DNA of 32,000 nt from Pyrodictium abyssi (GTDB lineage: Archaea > Thermoproteota > Thermoprotei_A > Sulfolobales > Pyrodictiaceae): NCBI RefSeq assembly GCF_036323395.1, contig NZ_AP028907.1, positions 1,200,001 through 1,232,000 of the forward strand, in the 5' to 3' direction. This document shows, one piece after another, positions 17,907 to 26,045 of the stretch (its first letter is position 1; each line of letters starts with the position of its first letter). The notes beneath the pieces are model-generated. The model saw only the letters and a list, made by a program, of their open reading frames with translations, did no database searches and was not told the DNA's origin. The position numbers and the translations under genes are program-made.

Positions 17907-18662
17907 GCTCATGGCCAGCCCGTCTACGGGGACGACGACTCCCTGGGGGAGCTTCCCCGCCCGGGCCCGTTCCCTCAGCTCCTTGAGGCTCTCGCGGGTA
18001 AGGTGTATCGTCACCAGCGTGGAGCCGCTCCTTATGACTCCCCGGTAGGCTAGCACTTGCTCCACAGTGTGGTGCCCAGACTCCTGCGCGACCTCGGCCA
18101 GGCTGCTCGGAATGGTGGTCTCCACCGCCGCCACGGCCGCGCGCTTCACGGCATCCTCCACGGTCTCTGTTGGCGCCGTATCGCCGCTGTAGTAGAGCAC
18201 TGGCTCCCCGTCCCAGTAGACCAGGGCGCCGTAGCTCGTGACCGCGTGGCGGCCCTCCACAGGCTCTACCTCGAGCCTGGCACCGGGGCTCCAGCGCCTC
18301 CGCGGCTCTATCCCGATTAGGCTGCTGCACTGCTCCCGGTAGACACGGGGGAGCCTGGGGAGGAGCGCCTCCAGGGCCTCGCCCGCCACCGGCGACGCGG
18401 CCACGATGCGTGGTGGCCTGCACTGCTCGGCTGCAGAGTAGACTGCTATGTCGAATAGCCCGGCCCAGTGGTCGATGTGCAGGTGTGTTATGTAGACGTA
18501 GTCTATCTCGCAGACGCTGTAGCCTGCCTCCTGGAGCCTCTGGCCGCAGCCTGGCCCGGCGTCGAGCACTATGCGTGCGTCCCCGGTGTCTACTAGTATG
18601 CAGTTCTCGGCCCGTCCCGGCGGCGCGCCCGAGCCGCCCGTGCCCAGGAAGACGACGTACAT
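17901..18662 (-). CDS. MBL-fold metallo-hydrolase
   Basis: MYVVFLGTGGSGAPPGRAENCILVD, IVLDAGPGCG, VYITHLHIDHWAGL, LYYSGDTAPTE, VTIHLTRESLKEL. Confidence 0.88.
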   Translation of the reverse strand: MYVVFLGTGGSGAPPGRAENCILVDTGDARIVLDAGPGCGQRLQEAGYSVCEIDYVYITHLHIDHWAGLFDIAVYSAAEQCRPPRIVAASPVAGEALEALLPRLPRVYREQCSSLIGIEPRRRWSPGARLEVEPVEGRHAVTSYGALVYWDGEPVLYYSGDTAPTETVEDAVKRAAVAAVETTIPSSLAEVAQESGHHTVEQVLAYRGVIRSGSTLVTIHLTRESLKELRERARAGKLPQGVVVPVDGLAMSL

Positions 18663-18818
18663 GGCGCGCTAGCCCACATAGATGGCATCCCGGCGGGCCC
18701 TCGGATATTTAGCGTAGCCCCTGGCGCGGCGCCCCGCGTTATTAGCCCCTGACCAAGCCATGCTAGCCTGGCTGCTTCCACAGAGGAGCCAGAACACCAG
18801 GCTTGAGGGTGGCATGGC

Positions 18819-19610
18819 TTGGCGCTGACGGGCCTGCTGGACCTACAGCAGCTGAGCCCGCTGGAAGCCGCGCTCGCTATGAGCCTGTTCGCGGCCGCCA
18901 TGACGAGCCTCGGCGGGCTCGCTGCCCTCCCCCTGGGGAGGCGGAGGCTCGACCCCCGGGTGCTGGACGCGGGCCTCGGGTTCAGCAGCGGCGTGATGAC
19001 GGTGGCTAGCTTTACGAGCCTGCTCCTCCCGGCCATAGAGGCTGCTGGCCAGCCCTGGACGCCCCTGCTAGGCTTCGCGGCTGGCGCGGCCACGATAGCT
19101 GTTGTCCACCGGCTTCTGCCGCACGAGCACGTGCTCCTCGACCGCTACGAGGGCCCAGAGTGGGGCCGGAGGAAGCTCCGCGCAGCGTGGCTGGTGGCTG
19201 TGGCGATACTCATCCACAACCTGCCGGAGGGTATGGCTATCGGCGCCTCGTCGGCATACAGCGTCGAGAAGGGCGTGGCCACGGGGCTCGCCATAGCGCT
19301 GCAGGATGTGCCAGAGGGCCTAGCAGTAGCCATGCCTGTTCTCCTCGCCTCTGGGAGCCGGCTGGCCGCGCTGGGCATCAGCGTGCTCAGCGGCCTATGC
19401 GAGGTAGCCACAGCAGTCCCTACCGTCCTGCTGGGCGAGGCTGCTGCAGCGCACCTACCGGTGATACTCGGCTTCGGGGCTGGCGCCATGGTCTACGTGG
19501 TCAGCCACGAGGCGCTGCCGGAGAGCCACCGGAGCGGGCACGAGAACCTAGCCACGCTAGGCTACTTCCTCGGCTTCGCCGTGATGCTGATACTGGACAC
19601 CACGCTCTAG
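18819..19610 (+). CDS. ZIP-family metal transporter
   Basis: FSSGVMTVASFTSLLLPAIEA, HNLPEGMAIGASSAYSVEKGVATGLAIALQDVPEGLAVAMP: ZIP histidine/glutamate signatures. Confidence 0.88.
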   Translation: MALTGLLDLQQLSPLEAALAMSLFAAAMTSLGGLAALPLGRRRLDPRVLDAGLGFSSGVMTVASFTSLLLPAIEAAGQPWTPLLGFAAGAATIAVVHRLLPHEHVLLDRYEGPEWGRRKLRAAWLVAVAILIHNLPEGMAIGASSAYSVEKGVATGLAIALQDVPEGLAVAMPVLLASGSRLAALGISVLSGLCEVATAVPTVLLGEAAAAHLPVILGFGAGAMVYVVSHEALPESHRSGHENLATLGYFLGFAVMLILDTTL

Positions 19611-19678
19611 CCGCCAAGGCCCGTTCGCGATCGGGATAAGAGGCTGCACATCCCACCCTCTGCTGTGGGGTAGCCGGC

Positions 19679-19903
19679 TTGCCCACCGTGGTTCTCGACC
19701 AGAAGGGCCGCATAACCATCCCCTCCGAGGTGAGGAGCCGGCTGGGGCTAAAGCCTGGCTCCAGGCTCGAGCTCGTGCTCGAGGGCGACAGGATAGTGCT
19801 CCGCCCAGCACGGAGGCTACGGGCACGCGACCTACTAGGCATCGCCGGCCAAGAGGAAGTGGAGCTGGAGGATGTAGAGTGCGCTCTAGGGGAGACTAGT
19901 TGA
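19679..19903 (+). CDS. vapB: AbrB/SpoVT-type antitoxin (VapB-like)
   Basis: VVLDQKGRITIPSEVRSRLGLKPGSRLELVLEGDRIVLRP; TTG start; overlaps the following PIN gene. Confidence 0.85.
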   Translation: MPTVVLDQKGRITIPSEVRSRLGLKPGSRLELVLEGDRIVLRPARRLRARDLLGIAGQEEVELEDVECALGETS

Positions 19904-20313
19904 GCCCAAGGAGGTTTATAGACTCGAACGTGTTCGTGTACGTGCTGTCGGCTGACCCCCGGTTCTCTACCCACGCGCTCGCCGTGCTCGAGGACGCCGA
20001 GAACGGGGCATACGAGGCCTATACCTCGACCCTCGTCGTGTCCCAGGTGCTGGCGCACCTCGAGCGCCGGAGGAGACGGAGAGCCCTCACAGCCTTCCTC
20101 GAGTACCTTGAGGAGTCCCCGATAAAGGTCGTTGAGACCACCATGGAGGACTACCTGGAGGCGCGCCGCCTAGCCGAGAAGGCGGGCCTAGAGTTCCCGA
20201 GCATGTGGGACGACCTCGTCATAGCCGCTCAGATGAAGCGGTTAGGGATAAGCGAGGTGTACTCTAACGACCGGGATTTCGACCGAATACCCGGTGTGCG
20301 GAGGCTCTTCTAG
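19900..20313 (+). CDS. vapC: PIN-domain toxin (VapC family)
   Basis: RFIDSNVFVYVLSADPRF, WDDLVIAAQMKRLGISEVYSNDRDFDRI; 4-nt overlap with the AbrB-type gene. Confidence 0.85.
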   Translation: MSPRRFIDSNVFVYVLSADPRFSTHALAVLEDAENGAYEAYTSTLVVSQVLAHLERRRRRRALTAFLEYLEESPIKVVETTMEDYLEARRLAEKAGLEFPSMWDDLVIAAQMKRLGISEVYSNDRDFDRIPGVRRLF

Positions 20314-20377
20314 GAGGCATGGCCCCGGTATTCTTAATTCGCTGCACGGGGCGGGCTGAATGCCCTCCTGGGAGTAG

Positions 20378-21094
20378 GTGGCGGAGTTGAACCGGGTTGA
20401 CGAGCTACGGCTACGCCTCGAGGCTGTCGAGCTGCTCCGGCTGCTCCGCCGCTGGTGGAGCCTCCGAGAGCTAGAGGAGATAACCGGGCTCCCGCGGGGC
20501 GTGCTCGCCCACTACGTCTCCGGGAACCGTGTGCCGAGCGGGGGCCAGGCCCGGCTCATAGTCGAGCGTGTCCTCGAGAGGCTCCCGCCGAGCAGGCTCC
20601 TAGGCGAGAAGGTGCGCGGCCAGCAGGGGATGCTAGACCTCCAGGAGCTGGTGCTGGACCCCCTCGTGCTGCGGCTCGCCTCGCTCTGGGCTTCAAGGCG
20701 CTACCGGGGCCGCGTCACCAAGGTCCTGGCGGCCGAGACGGCCGGCGTACCCCTGGCCACGGCTATAGCGCTCAGCCTCGACGCCGACCTGGTGCTAGCC
20801 CGGAGGAGCCGGGAGAACCCCTACCGGGACTACCTCCGCGGCGAGGCCGGAGAGCCACCGTTCAACGTCAAGGTGTTCTACGTCACCGCGGGGAGCCTCG
20901 AAAAGAGCGACCAGGTCCTCCTCGTAGACGACCTCGCCCGCAGCGGCGCGACCCTCGAGGCGCTCGCCAAGATAGTCCACGCAGCCGGCGCCGAGCCCGT
21001 GGCGGCGATGGTCCTTATCGCGTTGGGCGGGGAGTGGCGCCGGCGCCTAGCCGCGCTGGTCCCCGAGGCGGTAGCGCTCCTGGAGCTAGGCTAG
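20378..21094 (+). CDS. HTH-phosphoribosyltransferase fusion (archaeal transcriptional regulator type)
   Basis: N-terminal HTH (WWSLRELEEITGLPRGVLAHYVSGNRVPS); C-terminal PRPP loop VLLVDDLARSGATLEAL. Confidence 0.82.
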   Translation: MAELNRVDELRLRLEAVELLRLLRRWWSLRELEEITGLPRGVLAHYVSGNRVPSGGQARLIVERVLERLPPSRLLGEKVRGQQGMLDLQELVLDPLVLRLASLWASRRYRGRVTKVLAAETAGVPLATAIALSLDADLVLARRSRENPYRDYLRGEAGEPPFNVKVFYVTAGSLEKSDQVLLVDDLARSGATLEALAKIVHAAGAEPVAAMVLIALGGEWRRRLAALVPEAVALLELG

Positions 21095-21119
21095 CCCCGC
21101 GAGCCACCCCGGGCCAGCC

Positions 21120-21583
21120 TCAGCTCCGCCAGCCACTCGGGGCCTCAGCAGCCAGCACCGCTATGAGCACAGCCGCCAGGGCCAGCCTCACCCAGCCGGC
21201 GAGCGGGCACACCCCTACGAGGCTGCAGGCCGGAAGGGTCCACACGGCGAGGAGCCAGTAGACGAGGCTCCGCCGAGCCCCGCTACACCCCCTCACGCAC
21301 CCGGGCAGCACAGCCGCGAGAGCCGCGTCCACTGCGAGCAAGCCAGCAGCACCGCCACGGGGTAGGAGCCCGCCCCGCTGCCTGCCCCCATTGCGAGCAG
21401 GAGGAGTAGGCAGGCCGAGAGAGCGATAGCCGCCAGGCCCAGAGCTACAGCGAGCAAGCCGGCAGCCCTAGAGCCGGGCACAGCCCACACCCCTCGGGGC
21501 GCTTGACAGGTTGCCCTGGGACCCGGCGCAGGAAGCCGCCCACCACAGCCAAGGCGTAGCCCTGCTCCGCCAGGGCCTCTCAA
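21120..21583 (-). pseudogene. Possible frameshifted small membrane protein (two overlapping hydrophobic ORFs, 21293..21583 and 21120..21341)
   Basis: AAGLLAVALGLAAIALSACLLLLLAMGAG in one frame, and ARRSLVYWLLAVWTLPACSLVGVCPLAGWVRLALAAVLIAVLAAE in another, tandem and overlapping. Confidence 0.3.
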
Positions 21584-21797
21584 CCGTGTGGCTGTCTACG
21601 AACCCACCGCACCGGTGACTAGGACCATCAAGGCGGCGTACCGCTGACTTGCTCACCGGGCCTCCTCTACGCCCCCTGGTTCCCTCGGGGCTGCCCCAGC
21701 TACCGCCGCTAACGGGGTTACGTAGCCCGTAAGCCCTGGCTCTCCCGAGAGGCAGCGGGCCCGGGGCAACAGGGGCTGCTGGCTCCTCTTCCCCAGG

Positions 21798-22244
21798 TCA
21801 TGTGTAGGCGTGGCCCGTGTGCCGGGTGGTGCCCGTTCTCCGGGGTTTCTGTTGTTCCTCTGCTGGCTGCTTGGTGCTGCCTGGCTCTCCGAGTAGCACC
21901 TCCTTGACGTGTTCTAGGAATGCTTCTAGGCTCGGGTCTTCTAGGGGTCTTACCTCTCCTCCTACGTGCCGGTGGTGCGGGTGGGTCTCCACCTCTGGGT
22001 GGTGCGGGGCGTTATCCCATCCCTCTATGGTTTCTCCGCTCTGGCTGAGCCAGTAGTAACTGTAGGCTATCACCTTGTCGCCCCGGCGGATCTGGCGTAG
22101 GTGGAGCTTTGAGCCGTCTACTAGTGCTGCTGTGGCCTTTTCCACTACTATGTCTCCCCTTACGGTGAGTTCAAGCTTCTCTAGCCTCGCTACTATGCCC
22201 CGGTACCTCTCCAAGAGCTTTTCTAAGTAGCTGGCGTAGCTCAC
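21798..22244 (-). CDS. TumE-like toxin (DUF6516 type)
   Basis: TVRGDIVVEKATAALVDGSKLHLRQIRRGDKVIAYSYYWLSQSGETIEGWDNAPHHPEVETHPHHRHV matches the TumE-type core (YxYxW..WDNAPHH....HHxH). Confidence 0.78.
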   Translation of the reverse strand: MSYASYLEKLLERYRGIVARLEKLELTVRGDIVVEKATAALVDGSKLHLRQIRRGDKVIAYSYYWLSQSGETIEGWDNAPHHPEVETHPHHRHVGGEVRPLEDPSLEAFLEHVKEVLLGEPGSTKQPAEEQQKPRRTGTTRHTGHAYT

Positions 22245-22512
22245 CTATCTCCTCCTCTAGGCTCTTCCTGGCCTCGTGGAGGAACTTCCACTCGATCCAG
22301 GCCTCGTGCGCCTCAAAGCTATCATCCATGGCTTTCTCGAACTCCTCCAGGTCCATGCCGTGCCTCCTGCGTAGCTTTTCCAGCTCGGCTTCGACCTCGC
22401 GTAGCTCCCTCTCGGCCTCGGCTAGGCGCCTCCGGATAGCCTCGACCAGGGATGAGCGTAGGAGGCCCGGGTACCTCCGCTGCAGCTCCTCGGCAACAGC
22501 GCCTAGAGACAC
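22171..22512 (-). CDS. TumA-like antitoxin (coiled-coil)
   Basis: 113 aa coiled-coil protein directly upstream of and overlapping the TumE-like gene; FEKAMDDSFEAHEAWIEWKFLHEARKSLEEEIGELRQLLRK. Confidence 0.68.
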   Translation of the reverse strand: MSLGAVAEELQRRYPGLLRSSLVEAIRRRLAEAERELREVEAELEKLRRRHGMDLEEFEKAMDDSFEAHEAWIEWKFLHEARKSLEEEIGELRQLLRKALGEVPGHSSEAREA

Positions 22513-22552
22513 GGTGTCCTGCCCCCGGGTGCCTGGATGGGGATACGCGCCC

Positions 22553-22568
22553 TACTGTATATACAGTA
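22553..22568. promoter_or_regulatory. Perfect 16-bp palindrome overlapping the probable TATA region of the TumA/TumE-like operon
   Basis: tactgtatatacagta is a perfect inverted repeat ~40-55 nt upstream of the GTG start at 22512 (minus strand). Confidence 0.55.
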
Positions 22569-22939
22569 TGGCATTCGTATAACCTTATGGCTCCGTACCG
22601 TTCTAGGCAGACCTCTGTCTTCTAGGTGAGGGCTTCGGCGCGTTCATCCGCTGCCCCGTGGACAATCTGTGCGAACTCGTCTTCGTGTACCCCCGGTCTC
22701 GTCCACGTGCAGCCCCGGGGGGCTCCGAGAGTGGCTGAGAGGCTCTCGAGGCAGCCCGCGGAGAGGTTACCAATGCCGACCATCGTGTTGCCTTGTTCTC
22801 GCAGCCTGCTGGCCAAGCTGGCTGCATGTGAACCCCGCCGCGCCAGCGGCCACGGCCATCAAGGGGGCCGGGGCTCTGTACCCGGCCCTAGGGGTCTCTT
22901 CCCCATCAGGCTTCTCCCCGGCGCGTTGGCCCAGGGCTC

Positions 22940-23272
22940 CTAGAGTAGGCCCCTCTCCCGCCTTCTCCTCAGCTCCTGCTCCCGGTACCAGGCCAGCAGC
23001 CCAACACTGGCGTACAGCGCCACCACGCCAACGAGGGCCGGCACCAGCGGTGTGTACGGGACCACATCCCGCTCGACGAGATACCTATACACCCTGTACA
23101 CAATGGTAGCCCCGAGGAAGTACATCACACTGCAGTGTACGCGGCTACCTCTCCTACACTTCATGAACGCGTCACGCCAACCGAAGAGGAAGAGCAGCGT
23201 CGTAACTACGTAGCTAATGTTGCTATCGATGGAGAGCACTACGGAGGCATAGAATCCGGCGCCCAGGGCCAC
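22940..23272 (-). CDS. Small membrane protein
   Basis: In-frame GTG 23272: VALGAGFYASVVLSIDSNISYVVTTLLFLFGW...; C-terminal TPLVPALVGVVALYASVGLLAWYREQELRRRRERG. The track ORF to 23566 has a non-protein-like N-terminus and overlaps the upstream gene. Confidence 0.5.
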   Translation of the reverse strand: MALGAGFYASVVLSIDSNISYVVTTLLFLFGWRDAFMKCRRGSRVHCSVMYFLGATIVYRVYRYLVERDVVPYTPLVPALVGVVALYASVGLLAWYREQELRRRRERGLL

Positions 23273-23408
23273 TCCGCGACACCATCTGCGTCCAGGCCGC
23301 GCACTGTGAGCCGGCCCTCTACGCATCTCTGCGGCAGGCATCCAGCACCCGTCTATATGGCCTACGCAGCTACGGCACAGGCCCCCGGGGCCCACTCGCG
23401 GCTGCAGC

Positions 23409-23921
23409 CTACGAGCCGCGCCCCTCCACGGCCTGCCGGCAAAGCCTCGCCGCCTCGCGCAGAACGTAGGCGAATACAGCGCCGCCGAGAACAAGCAACA
23501 CGAGCCCCACGGCAACAGCCCTGCCGTCGGAGCCGGCGCCGCCGGCCAGCACGGTGAACAACCCAACGATCATGGCTGCGCCGCCAAGCCCCCAGAGGAC
23601 AGCGTGCTGGGCGAGCCTCCTCTTCTCGTACCTGCAGGCCAGTAGCTGCTCGAAACCGACCCCGTAAGCCCTCGCGCTATAGACCATAGACGCGGCCGCA
23701 AGACCCAAGACAGCGACGGGCGTAAGGGCCGCGAAGAGCCTCACTGAGACCGTTCTCGGCGCCCAGAGCAGCGGGGCAAACAAGACAGCCAGGACACCAG
23801 CCAGCCACAGCGCCTTCACCAGCCTACTCCCGCGCCACATGCCGAAGGCAAACACCCTAACAAGCGCCTCAACAAGCAAGACAGCCACAACCACAAGTAC
23901 CACACCAGCGTAATCCACCAC
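23409..23921 (-). CDS. Multi-pass membrane protein, unknown
   Basis: MVDYAGVVLVVVAVLLVEALVRVF, LVKALWLAGVLAVLFAPLLWA, RLFAALTPVAVLGLAAASMVY, VGLVLLVLGGAVFAYVLREAARL. Confidence 0.6.
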   Translation of the reverse strand: MVDYAGVVLVVVAVLLVEALVRVFAFGMWRGSRLVKALWLAGVLAVLFAPLLWAPRTVSVRLFAALTPVAVLGLAAASMVYSARAYGVGFEQLLACRYEKRRLAQHAVLWGLGGAAMIVGLFTVLAGGAGSDGRAVAVGLVLLVLGGAVFAYVLREAARLCRQAVEGRGS

Positions 23922-24082
23922 CGCCTAGTCACCCCCATCACGCCTCCAAAGCCCCTGTACAACATGTAGACAAAGACGCCGCCGATGCACAGAGATACGA
24001 CCGGGCTCTGGGGTACTAGGCCGTAGCCGATGCTAGCAGCCCTGCAGGCAGAGAGCACCGCAAACACCCCCGCAGGTAGCAT
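23816..24082 (-). CDS. Small membrane protein, unknown
   Basis: 88 aa, hydrophobic; overlaps 23409..23921 by about 100 nt, so the start or reality is uncertain. Confidence 0.25.
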   Translation of the reverse strand: MLPAGVFAVLSACRAASIGYGLVPQSPVVSLCIGGVFVYMLYRGFGGVMGVTRRWWITLVWYLWLWLSCLLRRLLGCLPSACGAGVGW

Positions 24083-24211
24083 GCCCGCCTATCGCCACAG
24101 CGGCACTCCCGATGGAAGAGTACCACCGCAACAAGCCATAACAATGCATGGATAAGCTCAGAGGAGAAATGGACGGCCAACTCATGAAAGCCCAACCCCG
24201 GTGGACACATG

Positions 24212-24448
24212 CTAGCCGCTGCGCGGCCTCTGCGTCTGCGATTCTGCTCTTAGCTTCCTCACGTGCATTCTGCACTCCTCTATGTCTCTCATCAGCAGCT
24301 TATAGGCTGCAAAGGAGCCTCCAACAGCTAGCAGCAACGAGGCCACGGTCAGCAGGATGTAGTCTCTGGCCTCTAGGGCTAGGCGTTTTAGATACACTAT
24401 GGGCGGTATCAGCGCGCCGCCCACCGCCAGCGTAGACGCTGATACCAC
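24212..24448 (-). CDS. Small membrane protein, unknown
   Basis: 78 aa with two hydrophobic helices and a charged tail (STLAVGGALIPPIVYLKRLALEARDYILLTVASLLLAVGGSFAAYKLLMRDIEECRMHVRKLRAESQ). Confidence 0.45.
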   Translation of the reverse strand: MVSASTLAVGGALIPPIVYLKRLALEARDYILLTVASLLLAVGGSFAAYKLLMRDIEECRMHVRKLRAESQTQRPRSG

Positions 24449-24816
24449 CGCTACGAGCCTCAGGAAGGCGCTGGTGTCTAGGGCCGAGCACGCTACCAGC
24501 TCCTCGAAGCCGAGAATAGCTATCGGGGATAGCGCTAGTGCTGTCTTCCCGAGGGTGCTGTTATTGGGTATTCTGGATGGAGTGCCCCCGTCACCCTAGG
24601 GCACCCCTTCTCTTCTCTGGCGGGCTGCTATTGTCTCCTGCACTCCTTATTGTACAAGACTGACCGCGAGGAATATATCCGTGTAGCGTAGAGGCTATAA
24701 TGTGCATCTAGATATAAACCGGGGATCAATTTATATTATGCATGGTCTATGGCTTTTCAGCATGTATTAACGTTACACTGCTCCTCCGGGTTTAGGCCTA
24801 ATAGGCTTTAGGCCCC

Positions 24817-25833
24817 TTGCGGCCCCTCCAGGGGACGGTACAGACATTGCCGCTGGTCGTTGAGGAGCAGGCAGCCCGTGTAGCAGAGGCCATAAGGCAG
24901 GCAGTGGACCAATACAGGCCCGACGCGTTCACGGACCCGCGCTACTACCCCGACCCGGGCAGCGACCCGGAGACTGTGGCGCGGTACTTCCTCGTGATGG
25001 TGGCTATGGACCACCGTCTCTCCAGGCCCGGTCGGCCCTACGAGGCGGTGGTCGAGGGGGAGAGGTTCCACGGCGCCGATCTCCTCTACAGGCTTGGCCG
25101 TCTCATGCTGGACCGCGACCCCGGCTTCTTCAGCCCCGAGAGGCTGGCGAGGGTCACGGCTGAGGATGTGAAGCGCTGGCTATGCAGGGGCGGCGTCTGC
25201 CCGCCCGACCCCGGGGCCCGGGCTGCGCTGCTCCGCGACCTGGGCTCCCGGCTCCAGAGCCTCTACGGGGGCAGCGCCTCCCGGCTCCTAGAGGAGGCCC
25301 GGGGCATGCTCCACACCTGGGACCCGGCGGCCCCGGGGCTGGTGGAGAGGCTGAGGGTCTTCGAGGCCTATAGCGACCCTGTCGAGAAGAAGCCGATGCT
25401 TCTCGCCAAGTTCCTCGAGAGGCGGGGGCTGCTAGAGATACGCGACCCGTGGAACAAGAGAGTCCCGGTGGACAACCACCTCACCCGTATAGCCCTCCGC
25501 CTGGGCCTAGTAGAGCTCGAGCCCAGCCTACAGAGGAAGGTCGAAGAGCAGACGGAGACAACGCCCTGGGAGGACCTGTTGATACGCACTGCTGTGCGGG
25601 AAGCCTGGCACCTAGTAGCCAGCAGAGCGGGCGTAGACGAGTTCATCCTCGACGACCTCCTCTGGACCATGGGCAGGAAGCTCTGCATACACGATAGGCC
25701 GCGCTGCACAGGCTGCCAGGGCCACTGGATGTGCAGCCAGGGCGGGTGCATCCTCCGCAGCGTGTGCCCGGTAGGGCTGGGCCTAAGGAGGCCCGTGGAG
25801 GAGCATAGGTTCCTAAACACCTGGTGGTACTAG
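24817..25833 (+). CDS. HhH/FeS-cluster-loop-type protein, DNA-glycosylase-like (iron-sulfur)
   Basis: YFLVMVAMDHRLSR, GADLLYRLGRLML, KPMLLAKFLERRGLLEIRDPWNKRVPVDNHLTRIALRLGLVE, DDLLWTMGRKLCIHDRPRCTGCQGHWMC...C...C. Possible alternative TTG start at 24847. Confidence 0.55.
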   Translation: MRPLQGTVQTLPLVVEEQAARVAEAIRQAVDQYRPDAFTDPRYYPDPGSDPETVARYFLVMVAMDHRLSRPGRPYEAVVEGERFHGADLLYRLGRLMLDRDPGFFSPERLARVTAEDVKRWLCRGGVCPPDPGARAALLRDLGSRLQSLYGGSASRLLEEARGMLHTWDPAAPGLVERLRVFEAYSDPVEKKPMLLAKFLERRGLLEIRDPWNKRVPVDNHLTRIALRLGLVELEPSLQRKVEEQTETTPWEDLLIRTAVREAWHLVASRAGVDEFILDDLLWTMGRKLCIHDRPRCTGCQGHWMCSQGGCILRSVCPVGLGLRRPVEEHRFLNTWWY

Positions 25834-26045
25834 CCCCCTACGGGCCGGTGAGGACCCAGCTCCTTTGGCTACCACTGCAGCCCGGCAGCCCCGGGCGATG
25901 ACGAGTCCTGGCCTTACCGAGGGTTTCTCCCCGAATACGCAGACTAGCCTTGCGTATTCGGTTCATCCCCCGCTTGGGTCGTGTTCTCATCCCCGCACCG
26001 CGGGGGCCTTCGGGGCTCCACGGAAACCCCTGGAGCCCCTCATCC
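25834..26045 (-). ncRNA. Candidate omega/reRNA region at the TnpB 3' end, containing several hairpins
   Basis: Perfect inverted repeats: ccgaatacgca/tgcgtattcgg (25931-25941 and 25951-25961), ccccgc-acc-gcgggg (25991-26005), ggggctcca/tggagcccc (26012-26020 and 26031-26039). Confidence 0.4.

Noticed and set aside
20455-21261. 268 aa plus-strand ORF
   Set aside because: Alternate frame of the HTH-PRTase gene; R/P/G-rich shadow.
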